The notes beneath the pieces were generated by a model, which saw only the letters and a program-made list of their open reading frames with translations, did no database searches and had not been told where the DNA came from. Both the position numbers and the translations under genes were made by a program. Below, piece by piece: positions 50,736 to 63,474 of a DNA stretch of 64,000 bases (its first letter is position 1; the number at the start of each line of letters is the position of its first letter). Origin of the DNA: Rhynchobatus australiae (lineage: Eukaryota); NCBI GenBank assembly GCA_034780895.1, contig JAUZTB010000135.1, positions 84,507,058-84,571,057 of the forward strand, in the 5' to 3' direction.

Positions 50736-53700
50736 GGATTACTACTTTCAAAAGGGCAACTAGTGATAAGTAGTATGTGCTGACATTGCAATCAATGTGC
50801 AATCTTGAAAAATGAATAAATAAAAAAATCCTGAAAGATTCTTGTAATAATAGCGACTTTATTCCAAAAAAAAGTAAAGAGCAACCACCTTTTGGTACAT
50901 TCTGGGCTTAGGCTTCACCCCAGAAGCTGGTTCCAATTTGGGGGGTTGCTGAAAACTCTCCTAGCAACACTCCAGGGTTGTCAGGGAAAAATGCTATGGA
51001 TCTGATTGGAGCACTGCCCAATTATCCTTATAGTTAATTTATCCAGGGTAACACTAATAGAATGCAGAGTTAATCTGTTCACTGGAGAACTGGTCAACAC
51101 ATATCAAGAAAATCGGGAACCATGTGGCTAGAGAAATAACTGGAATACTTTTGATGAGATCTATTTGATACCTTGGATACCAGTACTGAAAGGAAAGAAA
51201 GTCTAACAAGGCCGCTGTATGCAGAACAGGAGTTATTCATTTGCAAACCTTAGACATTAGAGAAGAGCCAATATTTAAAATTAGCAAAGGTGATTCATTA
51301 AGTATTAGTTCTAACACTGAACTAGATAGAAATCGTGGAAGCCCAAGTGGTTTCTTCTGTGACGGTTCTCACATTGTCACTGAATTGCTGGTATGACTAC
51401 TGATCTGATTCCAAAAATAACCAGTCAGGCTGAGGGTATGACCATGGACAATTGGAGAATTAGTCATCTCAAAGACAACATTAAATTAAAGGATACTAAT
51501 ACCCCTTTCAGCTATACAGCAAAGCTGGTGCATTTGTAAAATACAATGATTAAAACCTCCATGTAGGCAACACAGAGATTTGTTACTGACAACCATAATA
51601 TGCATACATTTTCCCATCCTGTATTTCATGGCTGAAGAGAACAGAAGTGATTTTCACTAGATAATTTAAAACCAATTACATTAGTTTGCTTATGATGTGG
51701 CTGCCAAAGAAATGGGCGTGTGAAAAATGAGCAATTTGAAATGAGATTAGAAATTCTTCCTGCATACCACCCCAGCCCCCACTCCTCTCAAATGAGCAAA
51801 TATGTGGAACAGAATCCCATCAAAATCAGCCAATGTGGGTTGATTAACTTCAGTTAAAAAGTGCCTGACAAGACCCGATTAAGAACATGATGAGATTATG
51901 ACTACAAACTTAAATAGTTTTCGGAACTTTACCATTTCTGTGGTGCTGCACCCATGGTGATGTGAACTGTGGTGTGTAACAGGAGAATGTTCAATAATTA
52001 GATTTTGATATTAATAGTAATGTAGAAACTTGTACTTTCTATGATTTGATCATGATTGGTTCAAACAGCTTTTACAGGAATTTCATCTTGATAATGCAAC
52101 ACTATATGAGGCAATGCAACACCACGAAGGCTTAAATATATTCTGTTCATACTGCTAAAAGCAGTGGAGGCCTTAAGAGATGTAGGAAGGAAGGACATCA
52201 TACCACTATCAATGACAATCTCACCATTGCTGATAATTAAGAACAGACTAACTGTGTGGGAATTAGCTAGATTAGATGTGTTTTGCATTTTGTGGGCAGG
52301 ACATAACATGGCAATATTCACTTTGCCAATTATGTATCAGGGTTGGGAATATCCTGAAAGGGTTGGATAGCATTAGTTCTGAAGTGCAGGTCTTCAGTAC
52401 TATAGCTGGGATGTTGCCTGATACCATACCTCTGCTGCATCTACGGCTCAGAGCCAATTCTTAATATCACATGGAGTGAACTGATTTCTGTGCTGGAGGG
52501 GATCTTAAGAGGATGCTGAGACTTCACATTTTGGTTGAAGCCTTGTCTTTAGCACTTGTGTGCCATATAAAGTTCCTGGTGTACGTATGGAAATACAAGA
52601 AGTTTATAATAATGCACAGGACTGATTACTATTTTCACACTATATCTGACGACTACCAACTTTGGTTTGTATTGGTTGAAAACTTTTAAGTTCAGGAGTT
52701 AGCAGATATAATCAAAAGAAGTTACCAGATATAATTGAAAGTAGTTTACCCAACAATCACATTGAACATGAATAATGAAAGCAAAGCTTAACCCACTCTT
52801 AAGTACACTGAAGATCAAGCACCTTGATCTGGGGGGTTGCTAAACACTTTCTTTGCTTTTTAATCACATGTTGCATCTTGAGGAAGGCAACATGCAAGTC
52901 AAAAGCAAAGAAAATATTTAGAAATCTCCAAACTCAAAATGACTATGCATTAAATTGAATATTGGAGGGTGAAGAATTAGATAGGGAGAAACTATCCAAT
53001 CAAATCACTGAAAAACTTAGCAAGTTTATCTGAGCCACAATTATAACTTTTCCTACATTAGAACAGTGACAAGATTTCTTAAGATAATTCACTGGTTGTA
53101 AAATGCTTTGGAACATTCTGTGATGGGCACTATTTAAATGCAACTTTTTTCTTCTTTTGTTCCTACATTTAAAATTGCCTGTAAAAGTCACACTTGTAAT
53201 TTCAGAAATCTGTATAAATTCTTAATGATATACATTGCTGTAAAAAAATTTTTGCATAGCCTCACAGTTGGGTTGGGAACCTAGAGATTCAATTGTTCAC
53301 TTATACTGTTGTTTACAATCCAGGTTCCCAAAATGTGTGCGTGTGTCAATGGACAGAAGGCTGCATATGAGCAACACTAACACCAAAATGAAGAAATGAT
53401 TCTTCAGCCATCCATTCTAAACTGAGACTCAGACTCAATTCTTGTGATTGGTTTTTACCTTATTCAACTACTGCCAGTACATCTTAGGACACTCTGGGGT
53501 CTACTCAAAGCTGCCTCCCAGTAGGAACATGGTTCAGGACCACTGCCAGTACATTCAGTCTATTCCTATTCCTGAGAAAATGTAAAAGCATCCCATATTT
53601 TTGGCCATCCTAATGGTGCAATAATTGGGACCCCTCTGCAGTACTCCTGAACCTTGTAATCCCAGACAACATCTGCTAGGGTTTTTCTCCATTTCTTCCA

Positions 53701-53938
53701 AACTTCAGACAAACTTGAGAAGTACTTGAGCCTTTGTCCACCAGTGCTGTCAAACAACAGTGCCCTGTTCTCAAAGCTTCTGCATTCCTTAAAACTTCAT
53801 TGCGTCAGAATGGATAGAATCATGAAAATGAATTCTCAGAGCTCAAGTATAAAGATTAATGTTACCACAGGATATCTGCTGACAAATGTCCACATGCAAC
53901 AGAGAAAAATAATGCAGAATCTTCATCACTCTTGAAAG

Positions 53939-54045
53939 GGTCTTTCAAGAGACTGTTAGATAGCTACATGGAGCTGAGTAAAATAGAGGGCTATGGGTAG
54001 GTCTGGTAATTTCGAGGTTAGGGAAATGTTCGGCACAGCTTTGTG
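53939..54045 (+). mobile_element. 5'-truncated CR1-like LINE 3' end
   Basis: FKRLLDSYM-like ORF end and gttcggcacagctttgtg 3' UTR motif, running into a gap. Confidence 0.7.
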
Positions 54046-56064
54046 NNNNNNNNNNNNNNNNNNNNNNNNNNNNNNNNNNNNNNNNNNNNNNNNNNNNNNN
54101 NNNNNNNNNNNNNNNNNNNNNNNNNNNNNNNNNNNNNNNNNNNNNATAATTACAGGAAACAAAGGATAATTTTTTTTTTGTTTCTTATTTAAGCGGAGCC
54201 GATTAAAGCAATTAATCATCAGGGTTTATTTCTAGAGTTTCAATAAAGTATAGCAGTTACAAATATTGTATAACAAAACCTTCCACTTCTTTGTTCAACC
54301 AGTGCTTTAGGAGTCTGTTGCTGGATCAGAGATGTTCTCACCAATAAAGAAGATGCTTGAACAGTAATCTAATCATGCAACTCTGCTGAAGTCATTAACT
54401 ATGAGAGAAATGCAATTCTCTGGAAAAGCAGAAGGATATGATTATTATCAGAACCATAAAAACTGAGCTACAATTTTAGCAAAACATTTTATATTCAAAC
54501 GTAATCTTCCTCTTAGGTATCAATTTCATAGAAAAGGATGGGCACATAAAGTAAATCAAGGTAATGGTAACAAATCTTGTACTGAGAGTGCTTTGATGTT
54601 AAGAGCGTGATGAACCAGAATTCACATAGTGTGTCAGTTGTAATGGATATCCAGAGGTAGCTGCAAGCTGGTAACTCTAAGGAGTTAACTCATGGTAGAA
54701 ACCATTGACATGAACCTTGCAGCAATCATTAACATCTTAAGATAAAATTACAGCCAAAACCATGTTCATGTGTCCATAATGATTTTGAGTTATGAGTTCC
54801 TCCTTTTTGTCTGCCAGTGCTCTTATCTCTTGAAATTGCTTGCTGGGATCTGGTTTACTGAGCAACTTAAGTCTTTTGACACTTCACCCATGTGACCATT
54901 CTTCAATGCAGCCTTGACACCTTGGACCACCACCAAAGGTGTACTGCGAGAAACAGTGCATTTTCCAGACAGCTAGTTTCAGTGACATTGCCACTTCTGA
55001 CAGATTAATAGACTTTAGTCAAAAGGGAGAAGTGGTGCCATGAGCAAGTGCAATAGGATTTCAGGTTTTCAGAGAGGGAGGGAGGGGGGGAGGGGGAAGA
55101 GAGAGAAAGACAGACAGAGAGAGAGGGGAAGAAAAACAGTTGTCTGAAATAACAAAAGGAGGAACACCAAGAGCTTCTCGTATCTCTGCCAGCACCGTGA
55201 CTCCACTGCCCCCGCCCCCCCCCCATCTCCCCCAAACCCTGCCATCCTATCACCAAGCTTTTGGAAGCTTCTGATAGATCCACTGATAGAATTAAGGACA
55301 AGGACAATCAGATGCTTTGATAACAATGGTGGTGGTAACACACAAAGAGGTGGTACCACCACACCACGGCAAACTACAATGAGAAGATCTAAATAGCTTC
55401 CTAACCTCAAAAGCTTAGCTAAGCAATGCATAAGGTCTCAAATCCCACTGCATATCCTCAAAAAAATGCAGGAAGCAGGATTCTTCTCCATGTCTACAGT
55501 ACCCATGTGTACAAATAGATAAACAGCTGAATATTCACAAGAAACTATAGACGGTCCCCAGTCCCCGGGAGTGTAAGACTGAAAAGAATAGGGAATGCTT
55601 CATGTCCCAGAGCTGAAATTACTCACAGCATGGAATGTCTGAAGGCAAATGGGTGAAATTACACGTTTGAGCCAGATTCTTTTTCAGTCTGTATTTCCCT
55701 TGCAAAGTAACAATTGTTCACAATTAGCAGCAATGAAATACCATGAGGAAAGGAATGGATAGTATCTTAGCGACTAATTTCTTTCTGGGAGAAGGAAGTT
55801 CCAGGCAGAGTACTATGACTCTGAGGGCCAGATGGGTCCCGAAATTGAGAAACCTGTAACAGAAACTGGAGAAGAATGTATGAAATACATGAAGGAGATC
55901 TAATCACACTGAAAGAAAAGGTGTTGTCAAGATTATGGTAAACCACAAGATTTGGAAAACTTTAGAAACCAGCAAAGGATGACAAAGGATAATAAAGCAG
56001 GAGAAAATAGATTATGAGAGTAAATTAGCAAAAAGTATAAAAACAAACAGCAAGAGCTTCTAAT

Positions 56065-56330
56065 ACAGGCCATCCCCAGGTAAAGAACGGGTTCTGTTTT
56101 TACAGATATCCATAAGTCAATTTTATCCTAAATTAGAAAACACATAAACATCACTCGATATGGTAACCATATCTCCACAATTTTGTAATGGTGGTATAAA
56201 AACACACGAGAGAACAATTACTAAAAGTGGAGAGGCAGAGGAAGCTAGTTCTGCCATTTGTAGCAACAGAAGTATATACAGTATGTACGTTGGATTTTTA
56301 AAGTTAAGGCATTGGTTGTGACCCAAAATT
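56065..56330. mobile_element. Tigger/pogo-like DNA transposon remnant
   Basis: TA|CAGGCCATCCCCAGGTAAAGAACGGGTTCTGTT resembles Tigger-type termini and interrupts the CR1; no second TIR found. Confidence 0.45.
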
Positions 56331-56501
56331 CCCTCGCTACTGGAAAGGTCCCAATGTTTTGAAAACCACTAATTTTTATCCCCCCTATTCAGGAAAGGTG
56401 GAAGGAAACAGGAAACTATAGGGCATTTAATCCTGTCACTGACAAAATGATGGTATCTATTATGAAGGAAATAGAAGCAGAATATTTAGAAAATTGTAAT
56501 A

Positions 56502-57056
56502 CAGTAAAATGCCAATAATCCACTGTCTCACTGTTCAGAAATCCTAATGATTTAGCATCTGGCTCATCATTTCTCACACTCACTTTCAACATGACAGGGT
56601 TCTGTTCCCACACTCATTTTAACCTCAATGGAGCCCCATTCCCACACTCATTTTAAACACATGGGGGCCCCATTTACAGACTCACTTGAAATACACTGGG
56701 ATCCTGTTCACACACTCACTTTAACTTCAACAGACCCCTGTTCCCACACTTACTTTAACCTCAATGGGGTCCCATTCCCACACCCACTTTAAACATATCA
56801 GGACCTTGTTCCCAGACACAGGCACTCTGTTCCCATGATCCCTTTAAATACACCAAGACCCCATTCCTACACTCCACGTAAACTTAGCTGGTTCACTGGA
56901 AAATTTATTATACTACTGTGCCATCTAAAAAAAGGTGAATAAAGAGCACTGGTATATTAATTGGAATAATATCCAATAATCNNNNNNNNNNTCTGGAAAA
57001 TCTGCTAGTCCAGCACACCAAAGTCCCAAGAGTGCCGGATTATCTGAGTTTTACTA
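56502..57056. mobile_element. Tc1/mariner-pogo-type MITE with TIRs, TA TSD and internal 34-bp minisatellite
   Basis: TA|CAGTAAAATGCCAATAATCC ... GGATTATCTGAGTTTTACTA|TA; the CR1 sequence resumes across the TA; tandem cccacactcattttaa units at about 56575-56880. Confidence 0.75.
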
Positions 57057-60000
57057 TACAATCAAGTAAAGTCAACATGGTTTTATGAAAAAAATTGTTT
57101 TTGACAAATGTATTATTAGTTCTTTGAGGGTAACAAGCTGGGTAGATGAAGGGGAACCAGTCAATGTAGTGTATTTGTATTTCCATAATCCATTCGGTAA
57201 GGTACCACATAAAAGTTGCTACACAAGAGTTCATGGTGATGCATGTAATATATTAGCCAGGGTACAGGATTAGTTAACTAACAGAAAACAATGAGTCTGA
57301 TAAATTGGTCATTTTCAGGTTGGCAAGCTGTAACTAGAGGGACACTACACTGAAACCACAACTTTATGGAAACTGTACTAATGACTCCAATGAGGAGTCA
57401 AATTTGTTGACAATGTAAAGGCAGTCAGCAAAACAAGTTGTGAGGACGACAAAAGAAATCTACAAAGGGCTAAAGATGGGTTAAATGACTGAGCAAAGTC
57501 TGTCAGATGAATAACAGAAAGGAAATATATTGTACTAATGAACTACAGAGGAATCTGGGTGTTTCTGTTGCTGAAACATAAAACATGTAGATACAGCAAG
57601 TAATCAGATAGCCACATGGAATGTTGGCATAATTGCAAGTGGAATGGAGTATAGGAATTAGGAATTTGCTATAACTGTACCAAGTTTTGTTAAGGCTACA
57701 CCGAGAATACTGTGCACAGTTTTGGTCTCCTTAATAAACTGACTCCTAAAGGCAGTTCAGAGAAGGTTTGCTAGGTTAATTTGTGGAAATAAAGGGGTTA
57801 CCTTATGGAGAATGGTTAAGCAGGTTGGGTCTATTCTCATTGGAGTTTAAAAGAATGAGAAATGATCTTATTGAAACACATGATTCAGTGAGGTAACGAC
57901 AGGGGAATGTTAAAGGGATGTTGCCCTTCCAGAGGGAATTTAGAACTAGGGGCATAATTTCAAAGTAAGTAGACCGGTTAACAAAGAGAAAATAAGGAAT
58001 TTTAGTCTCTCAGATGGTCATGAAGGTTTGGAATTCTCTACCCCAGAAAGCTGTGGAAACCAAGTCAGTGGATATATTCAAGGCCAAAAGACAGATTTCT
58101 GATTCATAGAGAAACTGAAGGTTATGAGAAACAGACAAGAAAGTCAAATTGAGGCCAAGATCAGACCAGCCATGATCTTAGTAAATTACATGGCTTACTC
58201 CTGCTCCTATTCCTTATGTTTAATGTATTCATAGTCAGCATTCACTGTTTTTTTAATGTTCCAGGTTTGCAGTGGGTTGTTACACTTTCCAGTGAATTAC
58301 ACGCAACAAGAAACCTAAAAGTTTCAATTCCTGCTGTGTGCTCAATTAATCAATGCCAGTAAAGACAAAGAAGTTACCCACCACAATTAATCCTAATAAC
58401 ACTGGGATAAGCCCCCAAATTCTGCTGATACCCAAAACTTCCTCTGGAAGAATGCATGTATGGAAGTCAGAAGAGATCAGAATCAGGTGAGGCTGAGATT
58501 CCCCGCACTCACTGTCTGCAAAGACAGTGGTTGTTTCAGTGAAGTCAAGAGACACATCAGCATCTTAAAACTGGAATTTCAGTGTGATCAAAGGCAGAGG
58601 GGGAAAAAAAAGTTTTTGGTGCAGAGTCCCTATGTTTCTTGAATATAGGCTAACCTTTATCTTCTTGACTGGTTAAAAAAAGTACTGGACAGACCCTGTA
58701 CCATACACATCTGGAAGGATTATACATTTAGAAGAATACTATGATATCTGCTTTCCTGGTCTACCTGGGATTCCTANNNNNNNNNNNNNNNNNNNNNNNN
58801 NNNNNNNNNNNNGCAAAACATTGGCAACTGCATTAATTAAATATTTAAGTAGCAGAATATCAAGCGACTCTTTCACAATCCAAGCAAGGCATATAAAGCA
58901 GAATTTGTTACAGGTACAAAACAGGAAGTAAAAGCCTTGAAAGTCTGAACCTGATTTTGAAGAAATTTTAAATATTCAATTCTGTTTCAGCCAAGATCTA
59001 TCAAAGATCAGAAGCAATGAATAATGAGTTTGTTCCAGAAAACACATGTTACCTCATTCCACTGCTGTTTGTCTCAATCTTAGATTTCTCTCTGACCAAT
59101 CTTAATTGCATGTATTTTCTAAACTGGTGGGATAGTGGCTTTGTTAACTTGAGTGGTGATTTCTAATGAAATAACCTCATGTTCAAGCACAAAATGAGAG
59201 ACAACCATTGTAAAAATGCCTCAGTTTAAGAAGAAGAATCAGATTAAGTAAAAATATTTATTTGTAAAGTGACGTAAGATCTCTGAATTTGCATCTGTAA
59301 AATGTGTCAACAATGCAACACAGAGGAATTTGCCTATAAATGGATAAAAATGACTATTTAAAAGTGGATACTGTTTTTTTTCACTACTGTTTACTCTATT
59401 GAATACCTGGTCCTTTTTTTCAGTTTGCACTTCTTTCAAACTGGAGTGATGAAAAAGCTCACAAATACTTAATTCAGCAAAATTACATTTGTTTATGTGG
59501 CAACTGAGAGGTCATCAACTGTTTGATGAATCAAACAGATGACCTCTTAGGAATTTCATTGCACCCTGGTGTATCTGACAATAAACTAATCTGAATAAGC
59601 TAACCTGAATATGAATTTCAATGCAAATCCAGTGTTTTTTTTGTTCATGATTACTGATTTTAACTTTTCATTCTACAACATCTAATAATTAACTGAATTA
59701 AAATCTCAACTGATGTCAGGGGATGTGAAATACTGTCTCTGGATAATTAATACCTGTTTTTGAATTACTAATCCTGTAATTTAATCACAACTGTTGCGAT
59801 TAATCACAGCCTGTTGAAAATCCAAGCTCCACTTTTTAAAATTTGAGAAATAAGAAAGCATAAAAATAACCAGAATATAGTTGCTGAAAGAATTATATTT
59901 TTCAAAAAAATTGGGAGAACATCCCTTGCAGACTGTAGCAATGAATCATACTACTTTGCCATCAACGTCTGAATTTTTCTCTTCATGACTTCATGTAGTT

Positions 60001-61287
60001 AGCTTNNNNNNNNNNNNNNNNNNNNNNNNNNNNNNNNNNNNNNNNNNNNNNNNNNNNNNNNNNNNNNNNNNNNNNNNNNNNNNNNNNNNNNNNNNNNNNN
60101 NNNNNGACTTCATGTAGTTAGCTTGGTATTTCCTACAATACTGATAATGGAATGCTGCAAATATCTGTACTTAAGTCACAAAGCTCATGTAACCACTTGC
60201 TTCCACAAGTTAGGGCCATTTGTTGACATCATTTTTATCAGCTGTAATAACTTTTGGAAGATGGTAGTTGGCTTTTGTGTGTACAGCAGCATTCTTTTTA
60301 ACTAACCCATGTTTAGCTTCTCCATCTGCAAGCTTAATGCTGCCAACAAGCTTCGTTCTTCATGAGTATCAGCCTTCATCTCACTAAAAAAGGAGATAAA
60401 AATCACAACAGAACTTTAAATGAATACAAGGCTTTTTGGTGGACAGAAACAAATGGTTGGCTCCGAGGCAGCTGGAGAACTTCACCCAATTTAGTTCCAG
60501 TCCAGCACTTTCAGTCTCCCAGTGGTGTATAAGCACCCCTGTGATCATGAGCTTGGTTTGAGTGAGAGCCACTATACCAGCAGGTTTATAAACACAGTCC
60601 TATTGATGAATAATCTAACCAAAGAGCTGCCATCCTACTTGTGAAAGTGGTAGAGAAAAATAAGAGTTACCACATTTTCAGAACAGCATGGGGGAAATTT
60701 GAATAAATTGTTGTTTTGCTGTTGTTATTCCTTTAAAGAATTTCTTTCTGAATGGTTAAATGCACATTGTAAAAAAAACTCAATTTTCATTTTTAAGCTC
60801 ATTGTTTTGTCTAAACTCAGTCATCTGGTTTAATGTGACCTACTTTGATTAATCTCACTTCGACACAGTTCCATGTGTTGAAATGGATTTGTAATCCTCC
60901 TTACTTATTTTTAATCAAGTATATCTCACTTGTGATATTTCACTAAAATTAACCTGAGTTTCTTTACAGTGTCATTTGGTTTTCCTTGTGTCTCTGATTC
61001 TCAGGTTCAGGATGGAGTCATGATTGAGGAATTCCTTGAAATATTCCTTCCAGTGAGGCTCTGATTGTTCAGACTGTGCACGGCCTTGATTGTGCTGAAG
61101 AATCAATGCATGTCACAGTTATAGTGAGTTGCAGGAACTCATGTGTTCTTTCCTACTGCCATCTGTCCTTTTAGATCAGATTTGCTGCTGGACCTCAATT
61201 TTCAGGTGCCTGTAGAACTGCTTCTTTTCCCTTGATGCATGGTGGAGCTTCAAATCCAAAAGTAGCATTTACAATTAATTAGTCATA

Positions 61288-61917
61288 GATCAGAATCAGA
61301 TTTATTATCATTGATTTATATGACATGAAATTTGTTGTTTTGTGGCAGCAGTAAGGTACAAAGACATAAAATTACTATAAATTACAAAAATAAATAAATG
61401 GTACAAAACAAAACGAATAATGAGGCATGGACCATTCAAAAAATCTGATGGCAGAGGGGAAGAAGCTATTTCTGAATTGTTGAGTGTGAGTCTTCAGGCT
61501 CCTGTACCTCCTCCCTCATGGAAGTAACAAGAAGAGGGGATGTCTTAGATGGTGAGGGTCCTTAGTGAAGGATGTCACCTTCTTGAGGCACTGCTTCTTG
61601 AAGATGTCCATGATGGTGGAGAGGGTTGTGTCTGTGATGGAGCTGGCTGAGTCTACAATCCACAGCCTCCACACCAGGCTGTGATGCAACCAGTCAGAAT
61701 ACTCTCCACCGTACATCTGCAGAAAGTTGTAAAAGTCTTTGGTGACATTTCGAATCTCCTCAAACTCCTAACAAAGTAGAATCACCTTCTTTGTGATTGC
61801 ATCAATGTGTTGGCCCAGGATAGAACCTCTGAGATGTTGACTGACGCACAGGAACTTGAAGCTGCTCACCCTTTCCATCAATGACCCCCTCATTGAGAAC
61901 TGGTGTGTGTTCTCCCT
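61288..61917 (-). mobile_element. Rex1/Babar-type LINE 3' fragment
   Basis: Reverse-complement homology to 7640-8150; tail atcagaatcagatttattatca. Confidence 0.85.
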
Positions 61918-62270
61918 GTGAGATACAGCATAGAAACAGGCCCTTCAGCCCACCTAGTCTACACCAACCAACAAACACCTATTTTTGCACTAATCCCATC
62001 CTAAACCCTTTTATTCTCCCAGATTCACATCAACTCCCCCCAGATTCTCCACTCACCTTCACATTAGGGCTATTTACAGCCCCCAACTAACCTACAAACT
62101 TGCACTTCTTTGGGGTGTGGGAGAAAACTGGAGTACCTGGGGGAAACCCAGGCGGTCACAGGGAGAATGTGCAAACTCCACACAGACAGCATCAAATGCA
62201 GGTTACTGGAGCTGTGAGACAGCATTTTACTAGCTAGCACCTGCAGCTGTGAGTCACTGTGTTGCCCTAA
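61918..62270 (-). mobile_element. HE1/V-SINE-like SINE abutting or interrupting a Rex1-like LINE
   Basis: ggggaaacccaggcggtcacagggagaatgtgcaaactccacacagacagc V-domain. Confidence 0.8.
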
Positions 62271-62599
62271 TTAGCTCTTGAATCTCCTGGTCATTCTCAT
62301 CAAACCAAAACTGTTGTTTTCTGGTAGACAAGCCAAAAAAAGTCTGTAATTACGTTGCACTTCAGGCTAGTTCAGAAGCTGCAGACACATTGTGGTTTCC
62401 ATTGCCTGGGGCTCATCAGATTGTCTGTAAACTGCTGAATGAAGACTGGTAATTGGAATTGCACTCTGCTAAATCTCAGAAATTCAGCAAGGATACTGTC
62501 TGTCTTGAAGCCTTGTTTCCCAGCTGATTACAGCCTTTCTGACTTCTTGTCAGTCAAGGATGACAGCGAGACGGTCACTCCTCAATAAGGAGGTTGGGA

Positions 62600-62925
62600 C
62601 CTGGAGCATCACACTCTGCTTCAAAAGGGCATCAACCATACCAGTGCCCAAGAAGAGCAGTGTGAGCTGCTTCAATGCCTATCACCAGCAGCACTCACAT
62701 CTGCTGTGATGAAGTGCTTTAAGAGGTTGGTCATGGCTAGAATTAACTCCTGCCTGAGCAAGGACCTGGACCCACTGCAATTTGCCTACTGCCACAACNN
62801 NNNNNNNNNNNNNNNNNNNNNNNNNNNNNNNNNNNNNNNNNNNNNNNNNNNNNNNNNNNNNNNNNNNNNNNNNNNNNNNNNNNNNNNNNNNNNNNNNNCT
62901 GGGACTGTGTGTCAGAATTGGTGAA
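62600..62925 (+). mobile_element. Rex1/Babar RT internal fragment
   Basis: [49 protein letters not shown]. Confidence 0.85.
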
Positions 62926-63050
62926 AAAATTTTAAAAATGGTCATTTTAACTCGCAGAGAAGGTGACAGGAGGACTGGCCAGGAGAAAGTCAGTATGTCT
63001 GAGAAGGCAATAGCAGATTACATGGGTTAGTGAGTTAGTTAGAGGCAGAT

Positions 63051-63191
63051 ACAGAGACACCAGAGATTCTGCAGATGCTGGAATCTGGAGCAACACGCAC
63101 AAAGCGCCAGAGGAACTCAGCAGGTCAGGCAGCATCTGTGGAGGGAAATAAACAGTCGACGTTTCGAGTCGAGACCCTTCATCAGGACTGC
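63051..63191 (-). mobile_element. 141-bp Penelope-like terminal-repeat insertion with 14-bp TSD
   Basis: Flanked by AGTTAGAGGCAGAT at 63037-63050 and 63192-63205; contains the hammerhead plus the ctgcagatgctggaatc...gaactcagcaggtcaggcagcatc motif seen in several other copies. Confidence 0.8.
63153..63190 (-). ncRNA. Minimal type-I hammerhead ribozyme motif (Penelope-like element type)
   Basis: RNA CAGUC-CUGAUGA-A-GGGUCUCGACUC-GAAAC-GUC-GACUG: perfect 5-bp stem I, intact core, stem II hairpin, palindromic ACGU in place of stem III, GUC cleavage triplet. Confidence 0.8.
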
Positions 63192-63432
63192 AGTTAGAGG
63201 CAGATTAGGCCTTTTTGTCTGTTTTACTATTATGCTTTGCTAACAGCAGGGCAGTGGGACATACCCAGCAAATCAGGCTGTACTAATGGAGAGAGAAACA
63301 TTACATATGGGTGACTGGCAAAAATTGCCAATCCTGATACAGAAATGAAAGAGTGAGTTACGTACCATTCATAAGTTTACTACAGTTGGATATTGATCAT
63401 CAATGCAACTAAGATGTTACTGAGGCCGTTGA

Positions 63433-63474
63433 CACCAAAGTGGAGTGGCAGGTCACCAAAGTGGAGTGGCAGGT
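63433..63474. repeat. Perfect 21-bp tandem duplication CACCAAAGTGGAGTGGCAGGT x2
   Basis: Seen directly. Confidence 0.9.

Larger units (their letters stand above)
55876..58220 (+). mobile_element. Degenerate CR1-like LINE interrupted by two DNA-transposon insertions
   Basis: SQHGFMK..CLTN, WVDEGEPVNVVYL.F...FGKVPHK, EYCAQFWSP motifs; tail actcctgctcctattccttatgtt. Confidence 0.85.

Noticed and set aside
59987-60124. 19-bp direct repeat GACTTCATGTAGTTAGCTT as a TSD
   Set aside because: It flanks a gap of exactly 100 N, typical of an unknown-size gap with overlapping contig ends; probably an assembly artefact.
63433-63474. 21-bp duplication as a functional splice element (ends CAGGTATG)
   Set aside because: Opposite strand to ZNF704 with no upstream exon evidence; most likely simple slippage.
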